From assembly GCF_009914755.1 (NCBI RefSeq), contig NC_060925.1: 64,000 nt of DNA, one strand, 5' to 3'. Of the stretch, positions 39,884 through 53,979 are shown piece by piece. Source of the stretch: the human T2T-CHM13v2.0 reference genome, Homo sapiens. The position numbers and the translations under genes were made by a program. Below the pieces are notes generated by a model, which was not told where the DNA came from, made no database searches, and was given only the letters and a program-made list of their open reading frames with translations. Each line of letters starts with the position of its first letter. Position 1 is the first letter of the stretch.

Positions 39884-40446
39884 GATCTTACAGACACCTC
39901 TGTGCTCTACTTCAGATCCTCCTGGCCTTGTCTGTCTCCAATCATGGCCTCTGCTGCTGTGACCAGGTAGGCATAGGCTTTGGCCAGCTTTATGCAGGTA
40001 CACATTGACAGTTCCTGGCTCAAGCCCCACTGTGCACCTCTTGGCTATCTCCCTTGAGCGTCTCTCTGATGCCTTGGTGTGTGATACCATGGGAAACTTT
40101 CCCAGCACCCCACACATGCACAACCAGGAGGTGCAGGGGAATCGATATCCTTGAGGCAATGCTGTGACCCATGGGTGACAGCAATCAGTAGATAAATGTC
40201 CCTCTTCTGCCTCTAAGTGTGTTGGCTGAGACACATTTCAGAGGACTTTTCAGATGGTCTTGTGGGACTGAGCGACCAGTTGCTTATGACCGTAGCCAGG
40301 TTAATGCATCTTTGCACTGGCTTGCTCTCCTGCCTGGCTCCACTCACTTGTCCTTCACTTCTGCTCCCTGGGATCATAGTCCCAAAAAAGTGCTTGTATA
40401 TAAGCCTTTGTCTCAGGCTCTGCTTTCAAGGGTGCCAGCCTAAGAT
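39884..40446 (+). mobile_element. 5' LTR of ERVL provirus (LTR16D/E-like)
   Basis: gataaatgtccctc, ctgctccctgggatca, gtctcaggctctgctttc...ctaaga; directly followed by ERVL leader. Confidence 0.75.
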
Positions 40447-41912
<1,466 letters not shown>

Positions 41913-42477
41913 ATTTTTCCTCTATAGCCTATAAACTGTCATTACTGTAAAAGGATGAAGTGGAAGCCCCTAAATTTATACAAATGAAGCCATACTTGGT
42001 TATCTCTCTATCTATCTCGCCCATAAAAAAGCCTTGATATATAACTCCAGTATCCCAATACAGTAGTAAATCAGATGCTCTTTTGCACCCTTGGAGGAAT
42101 TGCAGAGATCAATGCCACCACAAAAATGTAAAGACGTCCTCCTCTGCAATTCTACTTTCTCAAGAAAATGGATCATGGCAGATCAACGTGAACAGCCCTA
42201 TACTTAACAAGCTGGGAGTCCCAATCCCAGCTGCCATGCAGTATCTTTACTGAGCAGATCAATATATTATCTAGTATTTGTATGTGATTATTAATTTGTC
42301 AAATACATTATTCTGGATATTTATCAGTTAGGATGATCAAAAGCAGTTTATCTTTACATGGGAAGGACAACAGCATGCCTTTGCTTGTGCTGGGACCATG
42401 CTGACCCTCCAGTTGTCTGTCACAGGGTAGTCCACAGACGAGATTTCATTTATCTCAACCTCCCACAGAACCCCACT
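41913..42477 (+). pseudogene. Decayed ERVL pol fragment (N-terminal RT)
   Basis: Translated pieces VVNQMLFCTLGGIAEINATTK, QENGSWQINVN..LNK..PIPAA, DQKQFIFTWEGQQHAF; truncated before YxDD. Confidence 0.85.
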
Positions 42478-42945
42478 CAGCTTTACACAGAGCAACTTAA
42501 GAGTGCCTTACCCTGAGCCTATGCCATGCACTTTTTGCCTCCCATCCTGAGGTTCTCTGTTGATGCTGCAGTGTGGGCTACTGTGGAAATGCACTCAGTA
42601 CCTAGGCAGGTGTAACCTAGAAGTGTGGCAGAGTTAATAATGTCCCGTGAGGCCAACTTTTGAGCAATGAATAACAAGAAGATAATGTATAAATACTTCC
42701 CTCTTTCTATCTCTAGTCAGATGGTCTTAATCACATTTCACATGGCTTGGTGATGGTCTTGGGGGATCAACCAACTAGTCAACCATAGTAGTGGTCAGCC
42801 TAATAACGTATCTTTATATTGACTCTCTTTTCCCTGCCGCCTTTCCCCTATCTTTTTCTTCTCTGGCATCATATCCCTCACTAAAATACTCATATACATA
42901 TGCCATGACTCAAGCTCTGCTTTTGGGAAAACCCAGACTGGGACA
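42478..42945 (+). mobile_element. 3' LTR of the ERVL provirus (5'-truncated LTR16-like)
   Basis: Colinear with about 39986-40446 (cagcttta, caaccaggaggtg/taacctagaagtg, cacatttca, gatggtctt, gctctgcttt); ends ggaca. Confidence 0.75.
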
Positions 42946-43384
42946 GAATTCCCTGGAACTGAGAATGAGAAGGGAGACAGTCTTCTCTGTTCCTTGACCT
43001 TGGTTCTCTTATTTTGGGATGAAAGCAAGGGAATCCTGAAGTTAGGAGATCCAGTGCCATGAAAGGATTCAAAAAGTGACCAGCTCACTTTGTCAGAGAG
43101 AAAGGATGTAAAGCTACCTCTCTTTAGGAGGGAGGAAGCAATGTTTACTTTGAAGGCTCTGTGAGAGGCAGGGCTAGTTACAAATGAAAAGGAGTAGACT
43201 CCTTGGGAGGCTGATACGCAGATTTGTTTGATCTACAAATGATCATCTCTATCGTATAATTTTTAGGGAGCAGAAAGCTCCCTTTCCATAAAATATTTTC
43301 TCTTCAGGTGCTTGAAATACCCACTTAGTAGTTTTCTTTCTTGTATTAAGCATTGCCACTTTTAAAATGCACACTCTCAGAAAG

Positions 43385-43690
43385 CAGACATCACTAGCTA
43401 AAATGCCTGATCAGGCCAGGCAAGTAACTCAAATGAAGAGTACTGGGTTGCAGGGAGGCATGCATGTCCAGCTAAAAGGGACAGCAGATCACCAACTGCA
43501 GCTGATGCTGCCATATAGAAATATGAACCCAGCGTTTCCTGCTCCTCTGATTTTTTTAAAGAAGCTGGAAATTCAGATATTAATATGAAACCTTCTAAAT
43601 TTTTAGGGTTGGCAGCTAATTAAAAAGTTTTGAGAGCAACATGAAGGCAAAGAAAAAGTGTCCACGGGCCTGATAGAACAACTCTGTATT
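43385..43690. mobile_element. MER102-like hAT-Charlie element
   Basis: ggccaggcaagtaactcaaatga, gaagctggaaattcagatattaatatgaaa. Confidence 0.65.
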
Positions 43691-43764
43691 TTGAAAATTT
43701 GATCTCGGAAATTCCCAACCTCTCTTTACTTCCTCAACGTCCAGTCAGTCTTGTCAAATTCTGC

Positions 43765-44080
43765 ATTGTTCATTCAGAGGCATTGACAAAGTACCTACCA
43801 TGAATCAGAAACAAAAATCAGGCACTAACTAGCTCTCTGCTTCTGGTGCACAGAGTAGCAGGCAGACAAGTAAAGAAACAGTTACAAAACAGTGTGATGA
43901 AAGCGACACTATAAAAAACACAGGTGCTGTTGGAGCCCAAAGGAGAGGAACCCACGCCAGCCTAGGAAATCAGGGAAGGCTTCCTGGTGTAGATGACAAG
44001 ACACGAGATGTAACAGATGAATAGAATGTGACTTAGGCAGGTGCAGCAGATGGAGAGGAGTTGTTCCTAATTGGCTTCTT
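43765..44080 (-). mobile_element. L2 fragment
   Basis: acaaaacagtgtgatga...ggaaatcagggaaggcttcctgg. Confidence 0.75.
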
Positions 44081-44304
44081 CTTCCTTCCCACTTTCTCAA
44101 CCTTAATTCAGACCCTCATCACATGGCACCAGTTATCAAAACACCCTTTTCATTGGTTTCCTTGATTCCAATCATTCTCCACACTGTTGCAAAACTCACC
44201 TCTCTAAGACAAAAGTATGTCCTCTCACTCCCATATGTTAATTTCCTTTAGGGTGACCCCATTGAGGACAGGAGAAGTTTCCCAGTTTCATGATCAACAT
44301 CTCA

Positions 44305-45255
44305 TCCATCAAAACTTTTTGATAATGCAACTTCAACATAAACATGTCTGCTTATTTGTTTATTTATAAATTAGATATCTGTAATGTGCTAAGTGTCATG
44401 GAAATTTTGCACAAAAAATAGAAAATTTTAAGGTTGAAGATACATACGGTTGAAAATTATAAAACATTTATATTTATATATATATATATAATTTTCAACC
44501 ATTAAATAAAATAATGAGAGCTATGTACTTGCTCATCATAAATGCTTTGATACTTTTAAAAATCTTAGCTTAACACTTTTTGATATAATCATTTGAAGGT
44601 CAAGTTGAAAGTATGTTTATTTAGTACATGGTTTTCATGACTTAGGCTGAAAGGCATGCAAAAGACATGGAGATCACAGTGGGAGACATACTTACTGGCT
44701 GCACTTTGTACATGTTAGACCCATTTTCAATCCCACCTACCAATTATACAGACAATGTGAACATTTGCTTACTAGATCTCTGTATTCCACGTATCAATTG
44801 TTCATTTCTGCAAATGAATTGGAAGATGCAGCATTTCTACATTTTGAACAAATGTGTACAAAGTCCTCCAGGTTTTTTTATGTAGGAGATTTTTTAACAC
44901 TTTAGGAAATTTTGTTTCCAAGTTTTTATAGAACACAGATATAACAATTTTTATAAGTGACACCCTGACAAAATTTTAGGCAATAGGATCATGTAATGGT
45001 GGAAACACTTCAAACATCCATTTTAAAATGTTCTTCCTTTTGTGCACACAAACCTGTTTCAAAAAACAGTTCCTTTCTCACTCATTGTTAAAAAAATATC
45101 GCCTTTACCTTGAAAGGGCAGATTACAGATGTTTACTTTTTCAAAAATATCTAATAGCAACAGCTACCTGTCATCATTGGAAAGGTCAGCAAATTTGGAA
45201 AACTTGTCTTTTTGTAAAAGAAAATTATATCTCTCATCTTTAAGTTCAATGAATT
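44305..45255 (-). mobile_element. hAT-Charlie DNA transposon remnant with C-terminal transposase
   Basis: Reverse translation from 45250: IELKDERYNFLLQKDKFSKFADLSNDDR*LLLLDIFEKVNICNLPFQGKGDIFLTMSEK (cf. the DIFxxLNxLNLSLQG motif); AT-rich 3' end. Confidence 0.75.
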
Positions 45256-45509
45256 AGCCAGAAGCCCTCTGGATAGCACAAGATCAAGCACATAAGCTTG
45301 GTGATCAAGATCTTTCTTGCCTTCCAAATCATCTTTTGCTGAATGTATCCAGAACCCATTTTTATTTGCTTAAATGAATGAAGCAAACTTCACCAATCCA
45401 CTGAGCTCCTGGAGCATTTCTTCCCACACCTCTATCAGAGTATTTGTCAGCTTGCACTGTGATCTTTTGTTTGTTTGCAGGTACGAGTCCCCTAGGCAGG
45501 TGTGGGTGC

Positions 45510-45620
45510 ATACCTTGAATGTCCAGCCTTCTTCCACATCTCTCAGCTTCCAGTGCCCAGCACTGTGACCCAGAGCAGGTGCCAGGAAACACTTGCTGAG
45601 TACATATACAGATGAATGAG
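45510..45620 (+). mobile_element. L2 3' end
   Basis: ccagtgcccagcactgtgac...gatgaatga. Confidence 0.6.
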
Positions 45621-46284
45621 TTTCCCCAGGATGAGACAGACACATTCGGGTGCCTTCTTTGGTAGTGATCCATTCTCTATATGCTGATGTTCATAGCCAG
45701 AGCCATGAAAGTAGTATTTCTGAAAAGAAAATCCAGGTTGGGATTCTTAAAATCATTTCTAAAAAGACCTTTACTTGGTGAAAGCATAATCCATTAATAA
45801 TGTGTTTTACACTAAAGAGATAATGGGAACCTCCCACAGGGGGATTAAAGCATGACTAGAATTTAGGGTCAATACTCCTCCAAAATTGCTTCATCCCTCT
45901 GAGATGCAAACAGCAGGAAACACACCAGCCCTCCCCGGGCTGTCAGGAGGAGCACCAGACAGAGGGGAGGACTTAAGCCAGAGAAGAGGTAACATCCAGG
46001 AAAGTCCACTAACCATCTTCTTTATGATGGCCCCGCAGGACACTCCAGCTGGTCTCCCTTTGCTCTGACCAGCAACCAGGAATTTTCCAGTCTCTGGCCA
46101 TGGACAGTGATACCTTTATTGGTAAAAGCAGGGGTTGTGGGGGTGGGGGTGGGGAAGGAGCTGGCTCTAGAATTTGGGGTTGTGCCTCTGCAGAACATAG
46201 CCGATACACCAGCCCCAGACACAGCTAAGTCCCCAACTCTCTCCCAATGACTGAAGGAGGCTCTGTCATTCCTGATTCATGGAG

Positions 46285-47700
46285 TCACTGAGTCTTCGGG
46301 TTGGAAAGACCTTAAAGGCCATGTTATGCTTGAGCACCTTTTGTGACAGGAGATTTACTACCTCCGGAGGCAGGCCAGTCCATCTTGGAGAGCTCTGGCA
46401 GTTGGAACACTCTCCCCTACGCTGAGCCCCAACTGAGCTCTGCTTTTCATCGGGGTCACCCCTTTAATCAGAGCACATCAACGGTGGCTTTGGGGAGCAG
46501 TCCCCCCAGGTGCAGAAAATAGAGGGAATGTTGTCTGTAGAGAATGTGAAAACAATAATAAAACAGACTAAAAGCCAGTCTGCTTTTTATTATTACCATC
46601 ATTCTCTGGCAGCTCTAAACAATGTTAGTGATAAAATACTCCTCTTTAACAAAAGCTTTTGTTGGTCAAGTACTAAGTAATTGTTATGGTTACTGTCGCA
46701 TTTTAATAATAATAATAGATGTAATAAGCTTCCATTTGGCACATTTTTATTACTTATCCTTTAATGACATTGTATTCTACATGGGCACTAATTTGGAGAA
46801 GTCCCAGTTATACAACTGGCCCCAACACATGCAAACTCAGCTATAAATGCTCGTTTCAAGAGTAAATTCTTAAGATTTGAATCTCTTCCAGTTTGTTTCA
46901 AGCACAGTTCATGTCTCCGCCTCCTGTGGTACTTACATATCCCTGATTTTAAATGGCAAATTTGAAATAAGTATCATAATGGTGAAGACAAAAAAAAAAA
47001 AAACAAAAACGGAAAATGAGTTACTTCAATTCTGACATTCTATGTGAGCCCTTGAAATTTTTATTTTTATTTTTAATTTAAAACAGTGAAACAGTGAGAA
47101 CTGCATGGTACAATTATTTTTTGTCCAGTAAGTGTGATTTTTAGTTTATCTGTATTGAATTTGAATAATATCTTTAAAACTGAAATTCATCATTCTTTTT
47201 GAAGTGCTAATTGTTTTTTAACTGAAGAGTTAATCAGGAAAATAAAACTGTAATGTTATTATTTATTACTGCAACAGAATGCAGATATGTTTTCCCTTTT
47301 CTCAAAAGCTATACTAACATGATAAAAATATTAATCCATTACTTTTTTCTCATTTATTCTGCAATATTTGTTGTATTTTTTACTGGTATGATTATATGTG
47401 TTAAGTTTAACAAAAGAAAATTTTCACTGCCTGCTTTTCCTTTGTGGCCATTGGCATTTGTTTCATTTTACATTTATTACTGAGGAGAGCCTTGTTGGGC
47501 AGAGGAAGGGGTTGTTAAGAGTGGTCCTCTCTAGATGTCAAATACACCAGGCGCTCCATCAATTCTAATCGCTTTCTCTGGGCACAGTCCCACTGTTTGA
47601 AAATCCCCATCACATCTCCCCTAGACTTTTCTAGGTTGATCATCCCGGTCCTCCCAAACATTTCTAATAAAACTGGTTTTGAGTCTTTCTGCCACCCTCA
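46285..47700 (-). mobile_element. L3/CR1 fragment split by MER97 (about 46285-46480 and 47562-47700)
   Basis: tgcttgagcacc...tgacaggagatttactacctcc...agctctggcagttggaa; resumes atctcccctagacttttctaggttgatcatccc. Confidence 0.65.
46482..47561 (+). mobile_element. MER97 (hAT-Tip100), essentially full length
   Basis: 5' cggtggctttggggagcagtccccccaggtgcag...tgtctgtagagaat...gactaaaagccagtctgctttttattat; 3' gtcaaatacaccaggcgctccatca. Confidence 0.85.
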
Positions 47701-47704
47701 CTGT

Positions 47705-47916
47705 AATGGCTATCATTTATCAAACGCTTACCGAGTGCCACATAATGTACATATTCTCATCTGATCTACAACCCTCTGAAGCAGACGTTGTTCTTCCCAT
47801 TTTATGGCTGGGAATACCAAGGCTCAAAGGGATTAATTAACTTCCCCAAATCCTATAGCTGGTGTGCAACAGAGCTGAGATGGAAAGTTAGGTGTGTGTG
47901 ACAGCAAAACCCTGTG
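47705..47916 (-). mobile_element. MIR
   Basis: catttatcaaacgcttaccgagtgcca...cccattttatggctggga. Confidence 0.7.
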
Positions 47917-48816
47917 CAACCCTGCCCCCACTCTCCACTCCCCAATACCCTCACCATGTGCACTGGGCTTGTCTGTCTTGCTCTTCCTTTGGTGGCTTCC
48001 AAGACTAAATACCACACACCCTCCACAAGCACAAAGGCTCAGCTTGGAGAGAGTTACCTCCTTCATTCCAGAAGCTGTACTTATACTAATGCTTCCTCTG
48101 AGCTCACTGGTTTCATGGGCAGCCACAGCAAATAGAATGGATCCCAGGAGGAGGTTGACTTGAGCCACAGGGGATGAGCATATGATATTTGGGACCCATC
48201 AGTTCTGAAAGGAAAGTGGGGGGTGGGGAGAGCAAACACTAAGATGGCAGAGGGGTTCCTCTAGCCTATCCCAGTGAAAGGTCAAAAATTCCCAAGCCTC
48301 AGGGACAGTGTCATGCACAAGCCCCCACCTGTAGAAATGTTCAGGGTCTCAAGAACCCTGGTCCAGGAAGAGGAATCGGGGGCAGAGCAGAGGTGACCAG
48401 CAAAGCAGGAGCAGAGCCCCGCCTTGGTAGGCAAGTCTGTGTGAATCAAGGGAGGATGGCCTGGGAAAAGGCTGGGTGACCCAGGAGGGATAGACTATCC
48501 CTGCTGGTCTGAGAACAGTGGTTGGGCTTTCATCACCGGGCCAGAGGACTAGGCTGAAGGATTCCAGATGCCCATGCCAGCCCCTTCTACCCAGCCCCTT
48601 GCAGAACGCTGGAGGAGATTCACCTGATGTGCCACCGCCCTGTGGGCCCTGTGGCTTCCTTAAAACCTCACTTCTATATGAAAACAGCAGAAAGCATCTT
48701 CCCAAGGCCAATTGCTAGAGAGCAGAGAGGTCTGGACAGCCTGCTAGGTATTTTCTGCCCCCATTATCCCTATATGAGGTGGGCAGACTGGGATGAGCAG
48801 ATCCTTTCTGCTCGTC

Positions 48817-48876
48817 AGCTGGTGTGCAACAGAGCTGAGATGGAAAGTTAGGTATGTGTGACAGCAAAACCCTGTG
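48817..48876 (+). repeat. 60-bp direct copy of 47857-47916
   Basis: 59/60 identical, offset 960 bp. Confidence 0.95.
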
Positions 48877-49638
48877 GATGGACTCAAGTTTTGAATCAGC
48901 TTATTCTCTCATCCTGGGCTTGTGCTGACCTCCAATCCTACCTCTGCCTTTCAACTCTGAGCCACTGCACCCTAATTGTGAGCATCTGGGCTCAGAACAG
49001 GCCTGACATGAATCCTTGTTCAAGTTCACTTCATTCAGTCCAGCCATGGATCCAGGTAGTTGGGACTTTTAGGGTCCCACATAAGTGGTGTGCATGTACT
49101 CAGTCAATGGGGCCCTGGGAATCAGCTGGATTTTCCAGCTTCAGGCAACACCAAAATGTGGACTGATGTTGTCTCTTCAGGGAAGAACTTCATCCACTGG
49201 GGCCATACCCCAGGGAAAGGAACTAGCAGAACCAGGTAGGGGATAGGATCTCTGATGACCAGCTGGTGAATCAAAGGCATGTAGGAGCTCCAGCCCTTAA
49301 AGAGGATTCAAATGTTGGCCAAGTCTCCAGACAGAAGTCAATCCTATAACATATTCCAGTAAGTGGAGATGAGGGGGGTAGTTTGTGGGTAGGGAACAAT
49401 GAGGATTTGTGAACAGCCAGGCCCTGCCTCCACACCCATTGGAGCCAGGCTTAGAGCCATGAGACTAGACTAGATTCACACTAGTGGAGATGGCCTTCTA
49501 ACATGCAGACTTGGGCAGGGTCTGGAGGGGCTGAACCTAGGGGTATGCATCCTTGGGGATTCTGGTTGATCAAGATGAGGAAGGCATTGAGAGGTTTGAG
49601 CACTCCCAAACACTATTCAGCTTAAGAAATTGCATCTC

Positions 49639-49793
49639 GGCCAGGTGTGGTGGCTCACACTTGTAATTCCAGTATTTTGGGAAGCTGAGGTGGAAAGATT
49701 GCTTGAGTCCAGAAGTTCAAGGTCAGCCCTGGTGATAATGAGACTCTGTCACTATCAAAAAAAAAAAAAAAAAAAAAAGAAGAAGAAGAAGAA
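49639..49793 (+). mobile_element. FLAM_C-like Alu monomer with A/(GAA) tail
   Basis: Single left-type monomer; exact 14-bp TSD aagaaattgcatct (49624-49637 / 49794-49807). Confidence 0.9.
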
Positions 49794-49990
49794 AAGAAAT
49801 TGCATCTTGTCATCTATGGAGTCTGGCATAATGAATAAGCCAAGCATGGACTTTCCAGGCCTGACGTTGCATCTTGCTGGCAACGTCCCTCCCATCTCCT
49901 TTAGATTAAATGTGGGGAAATGAGAGTATAATGATAAACACTGATTAGCTGTAGCAGTGGCAGGGGAGATAAGTTTCTCTTGCTGTATTA

Positions 49991-50069
49991 CTCTTCCTCC
50001 CTCCCTTCCCCTCTCCTCTCTCTCTCTCTCTTTTTCTCCTTCTCTCTCTCTCTGTCTCTCTCCCTCTCT
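49991..50069 (+). repeat. CT-rich polypyrimidine tract
   Basis: Seen directly. Confidence 0.9.
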
Positions 50070-50849
50070 GAAGAAGCACTGCTCTTTGTCCTAACCTACG
50101 GAATGGTGGGTTAATTGGCTTATAGAGCTGCTGAATATGGAACAGAGCCCTAATGGAGATTTAATCAAAGGAGACAGTTATGTCGAGTGGGGTGTAAAAG
50201 CCATTGAAGATGAATGGAGACGGGTACAATCTTCCCCCCAGAGTTATTCAGAGCAATTTTAATAAAGTGCAAGTTTAACTATGGAATGGATTGTGTGACC
50301 AAGTGTCATTTTGCTTCAGGGCACAGCAGGGCAGGCGAGGGAAGGAGAACTTTGAAAGTTGTTTGAAAAAGGTGGAGCCTTTCTGTGCCTCACAAAATGG
50401 GCATGGGGTCAAAGTTCAATGCTCCCCTCCCCCCGCCCAAGTCTACCTTTTGCCCAGTGGTCCAACTATGTGACTCATTTCAATGATGCTTCCTGCAGCC
50501 TCTGTAGCTTGTGGCCAGTGATCTTCGTGGTTAGACCTGAAGACTCTCCACGCCTAGGTCATAGCTATGCTTTGGACCCAACCATTTACTAGGATCTCTG
50601 TGTCTTCCCCTGACAACCTCGCAATTGTCCTACAGTTCTCAGTTTAGCTGTCACTCTGTTTGGGAAGACTTCCTTGAACCACTCTTTTCATTTCTCTAGT
50701 GACCTCTATGCCATGCGATTCCATAATTGTCTTTTTTGTATGTGCCTACCATAACTGCTAGACCGTGGCTTCCCTGAAGTGCACATATGTGTGTGCAAAT
50801 ACACGTATATGTATACATACTTCCCCCTCCCCGCTACACATTTATGACA

Positions 50850-51330
50850 TCTGTTTACTGGGATTATCTTAGACAAGCTATTGTACAAATTGCTTCTTTA
50901 CTCAGCAATGTGGTGTGGACATCTTTCCATATTAATGCATGTTGCTTTATAACAAGCTCTTTAACAGCTGTACTGTATTGCTTTGTATGGATATAACATA
51001 AATTATCTAACAAATCCTATACATTTTTCTGCTATCAGAAACATTACTGAAGGAGCATTCTTTTGCATATATATTTTTGAAAATTTATTTGATTAACTCC
51101 TTGATAAATTCCTAGAAGAAAAATTGTCGAGGTAAAAATTTTGATACATATTTTCAAGCTGCCCTCCAAAAAAGGAAAAATGTGTGCTAATGTACCCTTT
51201 CATGAATGCTGTCTGAGAGCGTCTGTTTCCTTATACCCTTTCTATCCATTGCTAATCATGTTCATTTTTGCCAGTCTGATGGGCAAGACCTGATGTTTCA
51301 TTCTTGTTAGCTCTGACAATTTAATAATCC
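50850..51330 (-). mobile_element. Old L1 (L1ME-type) ORF2 3' region
   Basis: ggacatctttccatattaatgcat, gataaattcctagaag, gctgccctccaaaaaagg, tttttgccagtctgatgggc. Confidence 0.8.
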
Positions 51331-52481
51331 AAGAAAGGCCCCATCTCAGGAAATGATATAACTACATGTCTTGGCAGGGCCGTGAGATTCCAAAAGCCCG
51401 TGTTTGGGGAAGAAGAGCTTACTGAGACTCTTCTTACAGTAATCACCTAGGACAAGACAGCTGGCTCCCTGGAGGAAGAGGCTGGCAGCCCAAACCATTA
51501 AATCCAAGAGCTGGAGTCAAGTGGAGTCTGATTCATTTAATATTACATTCTAGGGGTCTGGGTGGGCTTTCTAGATGACTGCACTTTTTGGCATCTGATA
51601 AGTATCTGAGTCATAGATTTGAAAGGGGACTCTACGTTAGTGGGAGGGCTAGCAGAAGCAATATGCAGGTCAGGGAGATGGTATATCCTGTATATACAAT
51701 GCAAGGTATATAAGAAAGAGACGCAAGGGGCTTGAACAATGGGGCTGGCTTCTAGGACTAGACAACAAGCCCTGGGGCAAAATTAGGAACAACGGAGCAG
51801 AACCGAGGGCAGTTAGACTCAAGGTGCAAGCTACTGAGGTGGCAGCCTGATGCCTCCCTGGGTACCCAGGGGCTAAATACCCCGTGCACTGGGCACACTG
51901 GATGTAAGGGCAACTGATTATTTGAAGACCTGACTGACTAGTGGACAAGGAACTCCTGATGGCCTTTAAGGCTGGGCTGGGCCCTCACTGGCTCAAGGAC
52001 TGGGCAGGTGACACAGTAGGAGCAGGCACGGACTCTACTCTTGACAACTGGGTCTACCAAGTAGGAAGAAAGCATCTTCTGCCAGAAAACATCCAGATGA
52101 TTCCTTCCAACCAAGTCCTTTTCTAGTCTTGAGGTGGGAGTGAGAGTGGGCACAGCAATGCTCAAAGGAATGACGTTGAGCTAATGCTATTTCTACATTG
52201 ATTGGCATGAAGTCCAGGCCCTGTTTCCCACGTTACCAATGACCAAAGGAGACCTCAGTGAAATCCAAGAACAATGACTGACTCAGGGTTGAGCAGTGTT
52301 TGGCCCCCATGAGGCCCAAGCCAGCCCAGGGGTTCTGACAAAGCAGGCTGATGCTTGGGGCTAGATCCTGAAGGTGACTCCAAAACCACACTCATGAATC
52401 AAATCAAATAAAGCCCAAACAGTCCTTACACTTAAGGGGTAAATGTGGTTTTGGATCTTGAAGTTAAAAAACATGTGAGGA

Positions 52482-52767
52482 GACCAGGCACACTGGCTCA
52501 CGCCTGTAATCCTAGCACTTTGGGAAGCCGAAGTGGGTGGATCACCTGAGGTGAGGAGTTTGAGATCAGCCTGGGCAATAGACCCCATCTCTACTAAAAA
52601 TACAAAAATTAGCTAGGTGTAGTGGTGCGCACCTGTAGTCCCAGCTATTCGGGAGGCTGAAGCAGGAGAATCTCTTCAGGCAAGGTTTACAGTGAGCCGA
52701 GATGGCGCCACTGCACTCTGGCCTGGGGGACAGAGTGAGACCCTGTCTCAAAAAACAAAAAAAAAAA
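52482..52767 (+). mobile_element. AluSx/Sz-like with small deletions
   Basis: Full dimer; TSD atgtgagga (52473-52481 / 52768-52776). Confidence 0.93.
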
Positions 52768-53577
52768 ATGTGAGGAGCTGAGCAAACAAAGATGCAGAGC
52801 AAAAGGTAAGAAACAGTGAGTTGATGCCAGCAGGTTAAGAACTTCTGCTGTCAACAAGGCCAGGATGCCCAGAGCACCCTGTTAAAGGTCCCGTGGGTGT
52901 GAGAGTGTGGGCTGGCCTCATTTAAAGGCTCAGACTCAGGCAGACGTTTGCTGCCATTTTTATCCTCAGTTGCTAGGGCTGTGAGTTGGCGGTCAGCTCT
53001 TGGCGTAACAGGAGAAGATGATGTGTAAGTTCACCGGCTATAGCATCACTTGCAGTGTTATCAGCTCTCCCCTTTGCTGCAGGTGTCAGAGCGACCATGG
53101 GTCTGTTGGGATGAAAATGTTTTCATCTGCCTTGGGAAAGGGCAGTGAAGATGCTCCCCAGAGAAATTTCCATCCTACTGCCTTATGTGCAGAAATGGAC
53201 AGAGTAGTCACAGTATTGTCAGACGCTGGAATCTCAAAGACCTGCCTCCCAAAGGGTGGCTGACCTAGCTGGAGAGCAAGGCCTGGGGCATTTGAATGGA
53301 AGAAACAGAGTCACCCTCCACTCCAGAAAACCTACCTCACTCTCCCACACACATACCTAGAATCACGTTCCATGCTAATTGACTAGGGGCTGTCCCATGG
53401 ATTCTAAATCTTGCCCTTGCCTCCAAGGGCTCCTTTATTTCATGTCCAAGTAGGTATTAAATCCAGGTCACTCACCAGATTTTCTTTCCGCCCAACAAAC
53501 CAGGCTTAAGCATCATAGCCACAGTCACACAGCTCTTCACCATCCCTGTCTAAACACTGGCTACTAAAAAGCTCAGA

Positions 53578-53852
53578 GGCCCCATAGCACAATGGCTAAG
53601 AACATGAGCTTTCAGCTGAGCTACTTGGGTTCAAATCCTGGCTCTGCTGCTAGGAAGCTATACAGCCATGAATAAGCCACTGAACCTCCTTCTGTGTTCC
53701 TCTGGGCTCAGTTCCATAATCAGTATATGTGGATAAGAGTACCAGTATTTCATAGGCTTGTGAGGATTAAGTAAGTTAGAATATTTAAAGCCCTTAAATA
53801 GTATCTCACACACAGTAAGTGCCATTTAACTGTTAACATTTGCTATTATTGT
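53578..53852 (+). mobile_element. MIR, near full length
   Basis: gggttcaaatcctggctctgc ... tgtgaggattaagtaagtta ... cacacagtaagtgc. Confidence 0.9.
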
Positions 53853-53979
53853 TCCCCCACATCACCTGGCCAATTATTATGACCCGGATTGCGTAAGTAG
53901 AAAAATCAGGAGACAGGAAAGCTATATCTTACTTATTTACTTTGACAAAAATAATTTACTCATTTTAATATACAACAGG

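Noticed and set aside
51600-52050. Possible very old LTR (similar impressions at about 20600-21000, 24300-24800, 37300-37700, 49200-49550)
   Set aside because: Could not match a consensus with confidence; needs a Dfam search.
52970-53082. Possible 55-nt exon (cag|...|gtaagt) and a second acceptor at 53082
   Set aside because: Splice-like motifs are common by chance; there is a competing internal donor, a 58-nt gap too short for a typical intron, and no coding signal.
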